The notes: generated from the sequence alone by a model not told the origin. Positions 17,869 through 27,094 are shown, numbered from the stretch's first letter. The stretch: 35,548 nt of DNA from a virus (IMGVR_UViG_646564533_000012); one strand, 5' to 3'. A program made the numbers and translations.

Positions 17869-18257
17869 GCAACACATTTAAATTCAGCAGCCGGAGCGAA
17901 AAGAATTTGCAGGGCGTAAATCCTGATCTGGTGAAAGTGACCCGACGGGCACTGGAAATCTCGGAAGTGGATTTTGGTATCACCGAAGGGTTGCGCAGCC
18001 GTTACCGCCAGAAGCAACTGGTGGCCACGGGTAAGAGCCAGACCATGAACAGCCGCCACCTTACGGGGCATGCCGTGGATGTTGTGGCTTATATCGGCAG
18101 CCAGGTGTCATGGGAATGGCCGCTGTACGAAAAAATCGCAGCAGCATTCAGACAGGCCAGCCGGGAACTGAATATTCCGGTGGAATGGGGCGGCGACTGG
18201 AAGACCCTGAAAGACGGACCGCATTTTCAGTTACCACACGGAGCCTATCCGGCATGA
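17865..18257 (+). CDS. endolysin, M15-family peptidase type (L-alanyl-D-glutamate peptidase-like)
   Basis: 130 aa with SRHLTGHAVD zinc-ligand motif typical of VanY/M15 peptidases; in the P2 K position. Confidence 0.8.
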   Translation: MSNTFKFSSRSEKNLQGVNPDLVKVTRRALEISEVDFGITEGLRSRYRQKQLVATGKSQTMNSRHLTGHAVDVVAYIGSQVSWEWPLYEKIAAAFRQASRELNIPVEWGGDWKTLKDGPHFQLPHGAYPA

Positions 18258-18661
18258 AGCTCTGGCCCACGCTGGGCGTCGCTTTCCTTCTGATTGCCGC
18301 ATGGGGAACATCCATGCGTCTGTCGTGGTCGCTGGGCCGGGAGAACGCCAGAAACGAAGCGCAGGCCAGCACCCTGAAAAGTACCGTCGACACCCTGAAT
18401 ATCATCAGCACCGGGGTACAGGATATGCAGCAGGTGCTGGCGCAACTCCGCGTGGAAAATCAACAGAGAAATCAGGACGGAGAGGCCAGACGTGAACAGC
18501 TACGCAACGATATTGCAAAAGATGAATGCGCCCACGCTTTGCCTGACGCTCGTTTTACTGACAGGTTGCGCAGGCACGCAGAACGCGCCACTGCCAGCGC
18601 CGTCAGTCCGGCTTATACCGCAGACGCTGACCATACCGGTAATGCCTCCTCCCTTCCCTGA
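18254..18661 (+). CDS. lysB: LysB / Rz-like inner-membrane spanin
   Basis: Track ORF trimmed to MKLWPTLGVAFLLIAAW (N-terminal TM) followed by a Q/R-rich helical region; ATGA overlap with the endolysin. Confidence 0.7.
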   Translation: MKLWPTLGVAFLLIAAWGTSMRLSWSLGRENARNEAQASTLKSTVDTLNIISTGVQDMQQVLAQLRVENQQRNQDGEARREQLRNDIAKDECAHALPDARFTDRLRRHAERATASAVSPAYTADADHTGNASSLP

Positions 18662-18812
18662 CACTCCCACATGGGGAAATCTCGGTATATGGGGCGACCG
18701 CCTTCTGGATGCACTGGAAACCTGTAACGCGGATAAACGGGCCATTGAATTACTGGAACAGCGCAGGCTGCAACGACTGAACAACGAGGATAACAACCAT
18801 GCTGAAAACTGA
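18522..18812 (+). CDS. lysC: LysC / Rz1-like outer-membrane lipoprotein spanin
   Basis: Embedded out of frame in the 3' end of lysB; MNAPTLCLTLVLLTGCAG lipobox signal; proline-rich. Confidence 0.7.
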   Translation: MNAPTLCLTLVLLTGCAGTQNAPLPAPSVRLIPQTLTIPVMPPPFPDTPTWGNLGIWGDRLLDALETCNADKRAIELLEQRRLQRLNNEDNNHAEN

Positions 18813-19266
18813 TTCCCTGCGTGAAGCCATGACCCGTTCATGCCGATGGTGTCAGGCTAACCCGGAAAAATTCACCATTTTCGTGGAGAGCGGCAACATT
18901 GAAACGACCGGAGAAACGCCCTCGTTTGTTTACCGCTATCAGATGGTGATGTTTGTCATGGATTACGCCGGGGAGCTGGACGACCTCACGCTGCCGCTGC
19001 TGGCGTGGTTATCCGAAAATCAGCCACAGTTGTTGCTCAACCCTGAGCGTAATCAGGACATCAAATTCTCCGCCGTTATCAATGACGATGACAGCGCCGA
19101 TCTCCTGTTTACGCTCCCCCTGCGGGAACGCGTTCGCATCACGCGCAGCAGTCAGGGCACACCGCAGGCAGAACACCTGCCGGAGCCAAAACCCCGCCTG
19201 CCATCTTCCGAAGGCGACTGGTCACATGTATTCCAGGATGTGACGTGGGGTGAAAGCGATGGATAA
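18799..19266 (+). CDS. R: tail completion protein R
   Basis: 155 aa, same size and position as P2 gpR. Confidence 0.82.
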   Translation: MLKTDSLREAMTRSCRWCQANPEKFTIFVESGNIETTGETPSFVYRYQMVMFVMDYAGELDDLTLPLLAWLSENQPQLLLNPERNQDIKFSAVINDDDSADLLFTLPLRERVRITRSSQGTPQAEHLPEPKPRLPSSEGDWSHVFQDVTWGESDG

Positions 19267-19894
19267 GGCATTCACCCGCGTGGATGAAACCTTTGAGGCC
19301 ATCCGCGACAGCCTGAATCAGCAGGCCATCAATAACATCGCCAGAAAGCTGGCACAGGATTTACGCCGCGCCCAGCAGGCGCGTATCCGGTCACAGAAAG
19401 CGCCGGACGGGACCGCGTGGACACCACGCAGACGCCGCGTAACCCGGATACAGGAACGCATTCGCTTTATCTGGAATAACGAAGCACGCACGCTGAAAAA
19501 CTGGCATCACGATACGGGGAAATACGGGCGAACCATTACCGGGTGGGATGAGGATAAAAACAATATCCGCACGTTTTACCGGGATGACATCGACCGTTTT
19601 CTGGAAATACGCACCCGGCGCATCAACCAGGACAGCACAAAGCGCGTCCCCATGTTCGTAAAACTGCGCACCGCCCACTACCTGAAAGCCCGTGCAGATG
19701 CTTCCGGTGTGACGGTGGGTTACAGCGGCGTGGCCGCACGTATTGCACGCGTTCATCAGTTCGGTGAGCGCGATCAGGTTGCGCCGGGCATTTTCACCGA
19801 TTACCCGGTACGTGAGCTGTTGGGTATCAGCCAGGCAGATGAGCGCCTGATTTATAACACGGTGCTGGGCCGGATTGCGGAGGCTGTACGGTGA
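19250..19894 (+). CDS. S: tail completion / virion morphogenesis protein S
   Basis: Position matches P2 gpS; 214 aa, longer than the ~150 aa I recall for P2 S; start may be the ATG at 19259. Confidence 0.75.
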   Translation: MKAMDKAFTRVDETFEAIRDSLNQQAINNIARKLAQDLRRAQQARIRSQKAPDGTAWTPRRRRVTRIQERIRFIWNNEARTLKNWHHDTGKYGRTITGWDEDKNNIRTFYRDDIDRFLEIRTRRINQDSTKRVPMFVKLRTAHYLKARADASGVTVGYSGVAARIARVHQFGERDQVAPGIFTDYPVRELLGISQADERLIYNTVLGRIAEAVR

Positions 19895-20472
19895 GCGCAG
19901 AACTCATGCGACTGCTGAGCAACATCATCCGCACCGGGATCATCTCTGAAGTTGATGAGGAATCCTGGTGCGTGCGCGTTCGCAGCGGCGAACTGGAAAC
20001 AGGCTGGTTGCGCTGGAACACCACGCGCGCGGGAGCCTTCAATGTGTGGCTGCCGCCATCACCAGGCGAACAGGTGGCAATTGCCTGCATCGGCGGCAAC
20101 CCGGAAACCGCCATGATAATCGGCAGCCTGTGGAGTGATGCCATTCCGGCACCCGGCAAAAGCCTGAAAGAAATCGTGGTCAGCGCGCCGGACGGCGCGG
20201 TGTTCCGCTACGACGCAGACGCTGGCGCACTGAGCGCCAGCGGCATGAAAACAGCCACCCTGCAGGCATCCGTCAGCGTGACACTGGATACGCCCGTCGT
20301 GGAATGCACAGACCTTCTGAGAACAGCGACGCTTGACGTCACAAAAGGGGGAAAGATGAGCGGCAATATCACGCACAGCGGCGGCGATTTCACCTCAAAC
20401 GGCATCACAGTGCATACGCATAAGCACGGTGGCGTTAAAGGTGGCAGCGATTCGACAGGAGGCCCGCAGTGA
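19891..20472 (+). CDS. V: baseplate spike protein V
   Basis: 193 aa with GTG start overlapping the S stop; position and size as P2 gpV. Confidence 0.88.
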   Translation: MSAELMRLLSNIIRTGIISEVDEESWCVRVRSGELETGWLRWNTTRAGAFNVWLPPSPGEQVAIACIGGNPETAMIIGSLWSDAIPAPGKSLKEIVVSAPDGAVFRYDADAGALSASGMKTATLQASVSVTLDTPVVECTDLLRTATLDVTKGGKMSGNITHSGGDFTSNGITVHTHKHGGVKGGSDSTGGPQ

Positions 20473-20819
20473 CAACCCGCTACACAGGAATGAACCCGGA
20501 CGGAACGGGAAACCTGAACGATATGGAGCACCTGAAACAGTCAGTCAGGGACATCCTGACCACCCCGCTGGCCAGCCGGGTTATGCGACGGGAATATGGC
20601 AGCCTTGTGCCTGATTTGATTGACGAACCCATGAATAACACCACGCGTCTGCAATGCATGAGTGCTGCCGTGATTGCGCTGACACGATGGGAACCCCGCA
20701 TTGCCCTGGATGCCATCGACGTTGTCTGGAAAGCGGGAGGCCGCGCCGGGGTGACGCTGTCGGGCACTGTCATGCAGACCATGCAGAATGTTGAGTTAAC
20801 CATCACGCTGAGGGAGTAA
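20469..20819 (+). CDS. W: baseplate wedge protein W (gp25-like)
   Basis: 116 aa, size and position as P2 gpW. Confidence 0.88.
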   Translation: MTTRYTGMNPDGTGNLNDMEHLKQSVRDILTTPLASRVMRREYGSLVPDLIDEPMNNTTRLQCMSAAVIALTRWEPRIALDAIDVVWKAGGRAGVTLSGTVMQTMQNVELTITLRE

Positions 20820-20822
20820 ATC

Positions 20823-21719
20823 ATGCCCGCCGTTGACCTTTCCCAGTTACCGGAACCCGCCATCATCGCGGAGCCTGACTTTGAGGCAATTCTGGCTGAC
20901 ACAAAGGCCATGATGATTGCGGCTTATCCCGCCGAACAGCGTGAAGCCGTCTCCGCCGCGCTGGAGCTGGAATCGGAACCCCTGAACGTTATCGCCCAGA
21001 CAACAGCGTTTCGTGAAATGCTGTTACGCCAGCGGGTCAATGAGGGGGCACGCGCCTGCATGTTAAGCCACAGCGCCGGGACAGACCTGGACAACCTCGC
21101 GGGCAATATGAACACAAAGCGCCTGACCATCACTCCGGCAACGGATACCACCGACGCAGTGATGGAAAGTGACACCTCGCTGAGACTGCGGGCGCAGCGG
21201 GCGTACGATGGCCTGAGTGTTGCTGGCCCGTCAGGTGCATACGAGTATTTTGCCCGCAGCGCCAGCGGTCTGGTGCGTGATGCGCGGGCTATCAGTCCGT
21301 CTCCGGCAAATGTGACGGTTTCCATCCTGTCCACTGAAGGCGACGGCACAGCAACGGAGGCGTTGCTTAATACCGTTCGCGCCGTTCTGAATGCAGAGGA
21401 TACCCGCCCGGTGGCCGACCGCCTTACTGTACAGAGCGCCAGAATCGTGACATGGCGGCTGAATGCAAAACTGTACTTTTACCCCGGCCCGGAATCCGAA
21501 CCTATTCTGGCGGCGGCTGAATCGTCGTTCAGGAAGTGGCTGGCTGAGCAGGGGCTTATCGGTCAGGACGTGGCGTTGTCCGCCATTGCTGCCGCACTGC
21601 ATGTGCACGGTGTGCAACGCGTGGAGATAATCGAACCCACACAGAATATGGCCATCAGCGACATACAGGCGGCGCGCTGTGAGTCGTTCACCATCAGCGA
21701 AGGTGGACGCAATGAGTAA
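20823..21719 (+). CDS. J: baseplate assembly protein J
   Basis: 298 aa, size and position as P2 gpJ. Confidence 0.88.
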   Translation: MPAVDLSQLPEPAIIAEPDFEAILADTKAMMIAAYPAEQREAVSAALELESEPLNVIAQTTAFREMLLRQRVNEGARACMLSHSAGTDLDNLAGNMNTKRLTITPATDTTDAVMESDTSLRLRAQRAYDGLSVAGPSGAYEYFARSASGLVRDARAISPSPANVTVSILSTEGDGTATEALLNTVRAVLNAEDTRPVADRLTVQSARIVTWRLNAKLYFYPGPESEPILAAAESSFRKWLAEQGLIGQDVALSAIAAALHVHGVQRVEIIEPTQNMAISDIQAARCESFTISEGGRNE

Positions 21720-22320
21720 TTCGTTGTTACCACCATCAGCCAGCAATTTCATGCGTTGTGCCGAAGCCGTCGGAACACGCATTACAGACATTCCGGTAGA
21801 CCTCAACACGCTGTGGTCGCCGGACACCTGCCCGGTGCATCTGCTGCCTTATCTCGCCTGGGCGTTTTCCGTTGACCGCTGGGATCGCAACTGGCCGGAA
21901 GAGACAAAGCGACAGGTGATTCGTGATGCCTGGCTGATACACCGACACAAAGGGACCATCAGCGCACTGCGAAGAGCCGTGGAGCCTCTCGGCTACCTGA
22001 TTGAAGTAAAGGAGTGGTGGCAACTCAACGAGGAGCCAGGAACATTTCGCATTGTTGTCGGAGTACTTGATCAGGGCATCACCGATGAAATGTATCAGGA
22101 ACTTGAGCGCCTTATTGCGGATGCAAAACCAGTAAGTCGCCATCTGACGGGGCTGGCGATCAGCCTGAGTGTGAACGGAAAGATTTTCGTTGGTACGGGA
22201 TGCTATCACGGCGATGCCCTGACGGTTTATCCCTACACCCCGGAGTCCATTATTGTCGAAGGGGATTATTTCCCTGCCCCAGCCATTCATTTAATTGATA
22301 ATCTGAGAGTAAACGCATGA
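21712..22320 (+). CDS. I: baseplate / tail protein I
   Basis: Track ORF trimmed to MSNSLLPP, overlapping the J stop. Confidence 0.82.
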   Translation: MSNSLLPPSASNFMRCAEAVGTRITDIPVDLNTLWSPDTCPVHLLPYLAWAFSVDRWDRNWPEETKRQVIRDAWLIHRHKGTISALRRAVEPLGYLIEVKEWWQLNEEPGTFRIVVGVLDQGITDEMYQELERLIADAKPVSRHLTGLAISLSVNGKIFVGTGCYHGDALTVYPYTPESIIVEGDYFPAPAIHLIDNLRVNA

Positions 22321-23672
22321 CAGTGAAATACTACGCCATTCTGACTAATCAGGGCGCGGCACGACTGGCTAACGCGACGATGCTCGGCAGTAAGCTGAAT
22401 CTGACGCAAATGGCCGTTGGTGATGCAAATGGTGTGTTACCAACACCAGACCCTGCACAAACAAAACTGATTAACCAGAAACGCATTGCACCGCTGAATC
22501 TTCTGAGTGTTGACCCTAACAATCAGAGCCAGATTATTGCGGAGCAAATCATCCCTGAAAACGAGGGAGGATTCTGGATCCGTGAGATTGGTCTTTATGA
22601 TGATGAAGGTGTACTCATTGCGGTGGCAAACTGCCCGGAAACGTACAAACCGCAGTTGCAGGAAGGCAGTGGACGCACCCAGACTATCCGCATGATTCTG
22701 GTTGTCACGAACACCGAAGCCATCACGCTGAAAATCGACCCGTCTGTGGTTCTGGCAACCCGCAAATATGTGGATGACAAAATCTCAGAGCACGAACAGT
22801 CACGACGTCACCCGGACGCCTCGCTGACCGCAAAAGGTTTTACTCAGTTAAGCAGTGCAATTAACAGTGAATCAGAAACACTGGCCGCAACACCGAAAGC
22901 GGTTAAGGCTGCATATGACCTGGCTAACGCGAAATATACTGCCCAGAACGCCACCACAACACAAAAAGGGATTGTTCAGCTCAGTAGCGCCACGAACAGC
23001 ACGTCTGAAACGCTGGCAGCGACACCAAAAGCTGTTAAGGTGGTAATGGATGAAACGAACAAGAAAGCACCATTAAACAGCCCGGCACTGACCGGAACGC
23101 CAACAACACCAACAGCGCCACAGGGGACTAATAATACCCAGATCGCAAGCACAGCTTTCGTTATGGCCGCGATTGCCGCACTTGTAGATTCGTCACCTGA
23201 TGCACTGAACACGCTGAACGAACTGGCTGCGGCGCTGGGCAATGACCCGAATTTTGCGACCACCATGACTAACGCGCTTGCGGGTAAGCAACCGAAGGAT
23301 GCCACCCTGACGGCGCTGGCGGAGCTTGCTACATCAGCAGATAAACTCCCATATTTTACAGGGGCAGATCGTGCCGCGTTAACCGCGTTGACAAGTGTTG
23401 GACGTGCCATTCTTGGTAAAACCAGCACTCAGGGCGTTCTTGATTACCTTGGTTTGGGGGAAGGCTCTGCGCTGCCCGTTGGTGTGCCCGTTCCATGGCC
23501 CTCAGCCACGCTGCCAACGGGGTGGCTGAAATGTAACGGCGCAGCATTTTCTTCTGAAATGTACCCCAATCTGGCAAAGGCCTACCCCACCAATAAATTA
23601 CCGGATTTACGGGGAGAATTTATTCGTGGCTGGGATGATGGACGCGGTGTGGACATGGGAGAGCATTATTAA
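22317..23672 (+). CDS. H: tail fiber protein H (constant N-terminal part fused to a frameshift-truncated C-terminal cassette)
   Basis: Conserved N-terminus MTVKYYAILTNQGAARLANA; internal SETLAATPKAVK repeats; enters the shared cassette block GLGEGSALPVGVPVPWP at 23451, then terminates early (…GVDMGEHY). Confidence 0.88.
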   Translation: MTVKYYAILTNQGAARLANATMLGSKLNLTQMAVGDANGVLPTPDPAQTKLINQKRIAPLNLLSVDPNNQSQIIAEQIIPENEGGFWIREIGLYDDEGVLIAVANCPETYKPQLQEGSGRTQTIRMILVVTNTEAITLKIDPSVVLATRKYVDDKISEHEQSRRHPDASLTAKGFTQLSSAINSESETLAATPKAVKAAYDLANAKYTAQNATTTQKGIVQLSSATNSTSETLAATPKAVKVVMDETNKKAPLNSPALTGTPTTPTAPQGTNNTQIASTAFVMAAIAALVDSSPDALNTLNELAAALGNDPNFATTMTNALAGKQPKDATLTALAELATSADKLPYFTGADRAALTALTSVGRAILGKTSTQGVLDYLGLGEGSALPVGVPVPWPSATLPTGWLKCNGAAFSSEMYPNLAKAYPTNKLPDLRGEFIRGWDDGRGVDMGEHY

Positions 23673-23881
23673 GCAGCCAAGAGGCTACAAATTTTTCTCA
23701 GCGTGCCGGAAATATAGGCGATGGTGCGGGCCACGCAATTAATTTTCATGATGGCATAGTCGGAAATCAGCCAGGATTTTCACGATTTAATTTCACCAGT
23801 AACTCTGTAGGCGATGGTATAAATTTTGTTGCTGTCAGGCCGCGAAATATCGCATTTAATTACATCGTAAGGGCAGCATGA
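23673..23881 (+). pseudogene. out-of-frame remainder of the H-attached tail-fiber cassette (type E copy)
   Basis: Downstream sequence encodes the rest of the cassette (…IAFNYIVRAA) in another frame; matches the intact inverted copy at 25969..26400 except for one A missing in GACAATGGG. Confidence 0.6.
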
Positions 23882-23888
23882 AAACGTT

Positions 23889-24395
23889 GGTTTGGGGGAA
23901 GGCTCGGCGCTGCCCGTTGGTGTGCCCGTTCCATGGCCTTCAGCCACGCCGCCAACGGGGTGGCTGAAATGTAACGGTGCAGCATTTTCTTCTGAAATGT
24001 ACCCCAATCTGGCAAAGGCCTACCCCGCCAATAAATTACCGGATTTACGGGGAGAATTTATTCGCGGCTGGGATGATGGGCGCGGGGTGGATGCTGGCCG
24101 CGCTTTGCTTAATTGGCAGCCACACACAATTTTGGATCATGCACACTATATGGAATTATGGACCGGGGATGGACTTGCCGCGGGAAGTACACGGGAAGGA
24201 GTAAACCCTGGAATACTGGCTACATACGGGGACGGGGGAATAGTTAAAACAGACGAACCCGGTTTAAAGGTGCCTTCCTCACTACGAGCCATTAGCTCTC
24301 GTAATGTAAAACGGTTTGGTGAAATTAGTGGAAATGTAGGTACAGAAACTCGCCCTCGCAACGTTGCATTTAATTACATCGTAAGAGCCGCATGA
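23889..24395 (+). CDS. alternative tail-fiber C-terminal cassette B (promoterless in this orientation)
   Basis: Begins with the shared block GLGEGSALPVGVPVPWPSATPPTGWLKCNGAAF, unique middle, shared C-terminus ETRPRN.AFNYIVRAA. Confidence 0.7.
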   Translation, partial: GLGEGSALPVGVPVPWPSATPPTGWLKCNGAAFSSEMYPNLAKAYPANKLPDLRGEFIRGWDDGRGVDAGRALLNWQPHTILDHAHYMELWTGDGLAAGSTREGVNPGILATYGDGGIVKTDEPGLKVPSSLRAISSRNVKRFGEISGNVGTETRPRNVAFNYIVRAA

Positions 24396-24402
24396 AAACG
24401 TT

Positions 24403-24882
24403 GGTTTAGGAGAAGGTTCTGCACTGCCCGTTGGTGTGCCCGTTCCGTGGCCCTTAGCAACACCACCAACGGGCTGGCTGAAATGTAACGGTGCAGCATT
24501 TTCTTCTGAAATGTACCCCAAACTGGCAAAAGCCTACCCCACCAATAAATTACCAGACTTACGCGGTGAATTTATCCGTGGCTGGGATGATGGGCGAGGA
24601 ATTGATGCGGCACGCGCTTTATTGAGCATTCAAAACGGGATGTTGGAAAAACACCGCCATATTGTTGTAGCTAACGATGGATATGACACAAAAGATGAAT
24701 GGGAGTTGGCTACGATTTTCAAAAAAACATATACACAAGGCAGGGGGCTTGATGCCACAAATACAGGAGGGAGTTTGATTCCATCACCAACGCTTCATTC
24801 ACGAGGAAGTATTGGTAACACAGGTGGTAGTGAAACCCGCCCCCGCAATATTGCATTTAACTATATCGTGAGGGCGGCTTAG
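24403..24882 (+). CDS. alternative tail-fiber C-terminal cassette C
   Basis: Same shared N-terminal block and C-terminal tail with a distinct, AT-richer variable middle. Confidence 0.7.
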   Translation, partial: GLGEGSALPVGVPVPWPLATPPTGWLKCNGAAFSSEMYPKLAKAYPTNKLPDLRGEFIRGWDDGRGIDAARALLSIQNGMLEKHRHIVVANDGYDTKDEWELATIFKKTYTQGRGLDATNTGGSLIPSPTLHSRGSIGNTGGSETRPRNIAFNYIVRAA

Positions 24883-24888
24883 TTATAT

Positions 24889-25500
24889 TCAACTGGCTGC
24901 TGCCAGTGGTATTTCCGGCAAGTTGATATCTGGTGCCATGTTTATATCCATTGCGTTCAGCGCGTCTATATAATCCAGCACGGCATTAAGCCGGGTGGTT
25001 TCTGCCTGCGTCAACTTCCGCCCGGCCTGCAACTTCAACTGAATCAGACTTATGGAAGCCATTGCCGCATCAGCCAGTGACTGGCGCTTGGTTTCTGCCG
25101 CTTCTACTGCGGCACGATGTTGTGCCTCAGTATCTGTCACCCATTTTTCACCATCCCATTTATCGTATGGTGTGAACGGGGCGATAGTGGTTGTATTTTT
25201 CGGGTAGTCACCCAGCGCCGTGATTTCTTCGGTGTTTCCCGTGTCAGTGCTATAGACGGTTTCACCACGATGGTCTGGCGCATACTCCCATGAACTTAAA
25301 TTCTCCGAACGGCGGATAGCATAGCCCGCTTTATGTGCGCCCGGGGCATCTAAACAGGAATTTGCCGGAATACCGACACCCACAGCAAGATATTCAGTTG
25401 ATTCGGAAATATATTCCCGTGTCTCACCATCATAGTTATAAACGACGATGTTTCCTGCCTGTACGGCAATAAGGTCATCATTTAATATCGCGTTATTCAT
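24889..25500 (-). CDS. tail fiber assembly chaperone (Tfa / gpG-like)
   Basis: 203 aa, convergent with cassettes B and C and directly downstream of cassette D on the minus strand; typical Tfa-type sequence. Confidence 0.8.
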   Translation of the reverse strand: MNNAILNDDLIAVQAGNIVVYNYDGETREYISESTEYLAVGVGIPANSCLDAPGAHKAGYAIRRSENLSSWEYAPDHRGETVYSTDTGNTEEITALGDYPKNTTTIAPFTPYDKWDGEKWVTDTEAQHRAAVEAAETKRQSLADAAMASISLIQLKLQAGRKLTQAETTRLNAVLDYIDALNAMDINMAPDINLPEIPLAAAS

Positions 25501-25958
25501 TATGCGGTTCTCACAATATAATTGAAGGCAATATTGCGTGGGCGGGCTTCATTCCCCCCTGAGGATTCCGTTCTGTATTGACTGGTAAATCTACCGTTAA
25601 TTGCACCTTGCCGGACGGCGTTATCTGTCGACAACAGACTATCCCCTCCTTTGTCATTTGGCACCAGTACCGTGTTATCCCACGCGTCCCATGACCGAAT
25701 ATTATGATAATGACTTCCTGTTAACCACCCCTGCATGCTTAAGATGCCCCTTCCGGCATCCACCCCGCGCCCATCATCCCAGCCACGGATAAATTCACCG
25801 CGTAAGTCTGGTAATTTATTGGTGGGGTAAGCCATTGCCAGTCTGGGATACATTTCAGAAGAAAATGCTGCGCCGTTACATTTCAGCCACCCCGTTGGCG
25901 GCGTGGCTGAGGGCCATGGAACAGGTACACCAACAGGCAGTGCAGAGCCTTCCCCCAA
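25500..25958 (-). CDS. alternative tail-fiber C-terminal cassette D
   Basis: Shared N-terminal block on the minus strand, unique middle, shared C-terminus; stop overlaps the tfa start. Confidence 0.7.
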   Translation of the reverse strand: MGEGSALPVGVPVPWPSATPPTGWLKCNGAAFSSEMYPRLAMAYPTNKLPDLRGEFIRGWDDGRGVDAGRGILSMQGWLTGSHYHNIRSWDAWDNTVLVPNDKGGDSLLSTDNAVRQGAINGRFTSQYRTESSGGNEARPRNIAFNYIVRTA

Positions 25959-25968
25959 ACCAACGTTT

Positions 25969-26454
25969 TCATGCTGCCCTTACGATGTAATTAAATGCGA
26001 TATTTCGCGGCCTGACAGCAACAAAATTTATACCATCGCCTACAGAGTTACTGGTGAAATTAAATCGTGAAAATCCTGGCTGATTTCCGACTATGCCATC
26101 ATGAAAATTAATTGCGTGGCCCGCACCATCGCCTATATTTCCGGCACGCTGAGAAAAATTTGTAGCCTCTTGGCTGCTTAATAATGCTCTCCCATTGTCC
26201 ACACCACGTCCATCATCCCAGCCACGAATAAATTCGCCCCGTAAATCCGGTAATTTATTGGTGGGGTAGGCCTTTGCCAGATTGGGGTACATTTCAGAAG
26301 AAAATGCTGCGCCGTTACATTTCAGCCACCCCGTTGGCAGCGTGGCTGAGGGCCATGGAACGGGCACACCAACGGGCAGCGCAGAGCCTTCCCCCAAACC
26401 AACGTTTTCGTCTTTATCCCTACCTATACCAACTATGTATTTTTCACGAAACAA
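25969..26454 (-). CDS. alternative tail-fiber C-terminal cassette E (intact copy of the cassette fused to H)
   Basis: Shared block starts at 26400; the track ORF extends upstream to 26454 (MFREKYIVGIGRDKDENV); sequence equals the H-attached cassette apart from the 1-nt indel. Confidence 0.7.
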   Translation of the reverse strand: MFREKYIVGIGRDKDENVGLGEGSALPVGVPVPWPSATLPTGWLKCNGAAFSSEMYPNLAKAYPTNKLPDLRGEFIRGWDDGRGVDNGRALLSSQEATNFSQRAGNIGDGAGHAINFHDGIVGNQPGFSRFNFTSNSVGDGINFVAVRPRNIAFNYIVRAA

Positions 26455-26468
26455 AGAGGATGTTTTTT

Positions 26469-27068
26469 ATGCAAATTGGCTATATTCGTGTGTCAACAAA
26501 TGACCAGAACACGGATTTACAACGCAATGCACTGAACTGCGCAGGATGTGAACTGATTTTTGAAGATAAAATCAGCGGAACGAAATCAGCCAGACCGGGA
26601 TTGAAAAAACTGCTCAGAACGCTATCAGAAGGAGATACGCTGGTTGTCTGGAAGCTGGACAGACTGGGCAGAAGTATGAAACACCTGATCACGCTTATTG
26701 AGGAATTGCGGGAAAAAGGTGTTAATTTCCGTAGTCTGACGGACAGCATTGACACATCAACACCCATGGGGCGTTTCTTTTTTCACGTCATGGGGGCTTT
26801 AGCCGAAATGGAACGTGAATTAATTGTAGAGCGTACACTGGCCGGGCTGGCAGCAGCACGCGCACAAGGACGCATTGGCGGACGTCGCCCGAAGTTGACA
26901 AAAGAACAACACGAGCAAATAGCGAGGCTGATTAAAAACGGTCATGACAGGAAACAACTGGCGATCATTTACGACATCGGCATATCGACGATTTATCGTT
27001 ATCACCCTGTAGGCGATATACAGGCTGAAGAAACAACCAGGCAGACTCAGGAAAATGAAAACCGCTAA
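26469..27068 (+). CDS. serine recombinase DNA invertase (Hin/Gin/Cin/Pin family)
   Basis: MQIGYIRVSTNDQNTDLQRNAL...VVWKLDRLGRSMKHLI...MGRFFFHVMGALAEMERELI is near-identical in pattern to Hin/Gin; start behind AGAGGA. Confidence 0.92.
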   Translation: MQIGYIRVSTNDQNTDLQRNALNCAGCELIFEDKISGTKSARPGLKKLLRTLSEGDTLVVWKLDRLGRSMKHLITLIEELREKGVNFRSLTDSIDTSTPMGRFFFHVMGALAEMERELIVERTLAGLAAARAQGRIGGRRPKLTKEQHEQIARLIKNGHDRKQLAIIYDIGISTIYRYHPVGDIQAEETTRQTQENENR

Positions 27069-27090
27069 TCTGACCATTAGCGGTTTTGCG
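27062..27090 (+). terminator. terminator hairpin at the invertase / U convergent junction
   Basis: CCGCTAAT-N6-ATTAGCGG followed by TTTTG; a second GTTTTG-N7-CAAAAC dyad follows; coordinates approx. Confidence 0.4.
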
Positions 27091-27094
27091 TTAA

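Larger units (their letters stand above)
23445..26415. other. multi-site invertible tail-fiber region (Min/shufflon-like) with five crossover-site copies
   Basis: Shared motif AAAACGTTGGTTTGGGGGAAGG (hix/gix-like AACC..GGTT core) at approx 23445, 23874 and 24390 in plus orientation and 25948 and 26388 in minus orientation; Hin/Gin-family invertase immediately adjacent. Confidence 0.75.

Noticed and set aside
23780-24521. Two near-identical 75/79-aa minus-strand ORFs (MGYISEENAAPLHF...)
   Set aside because: They are the antisense frame of the repeated tail-fiber cassette block, so they recur wherever the block is present; artifact of the repeat.
26274-26468. N-terminal extension of the invertase ORF to 264 aa
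   Set aside because: The extension reads through the outermost crossover site and antisense cassette sequence; the canonical invertase N-terminus MQIGYIRVST starts at 26469 behind AGAGGA.
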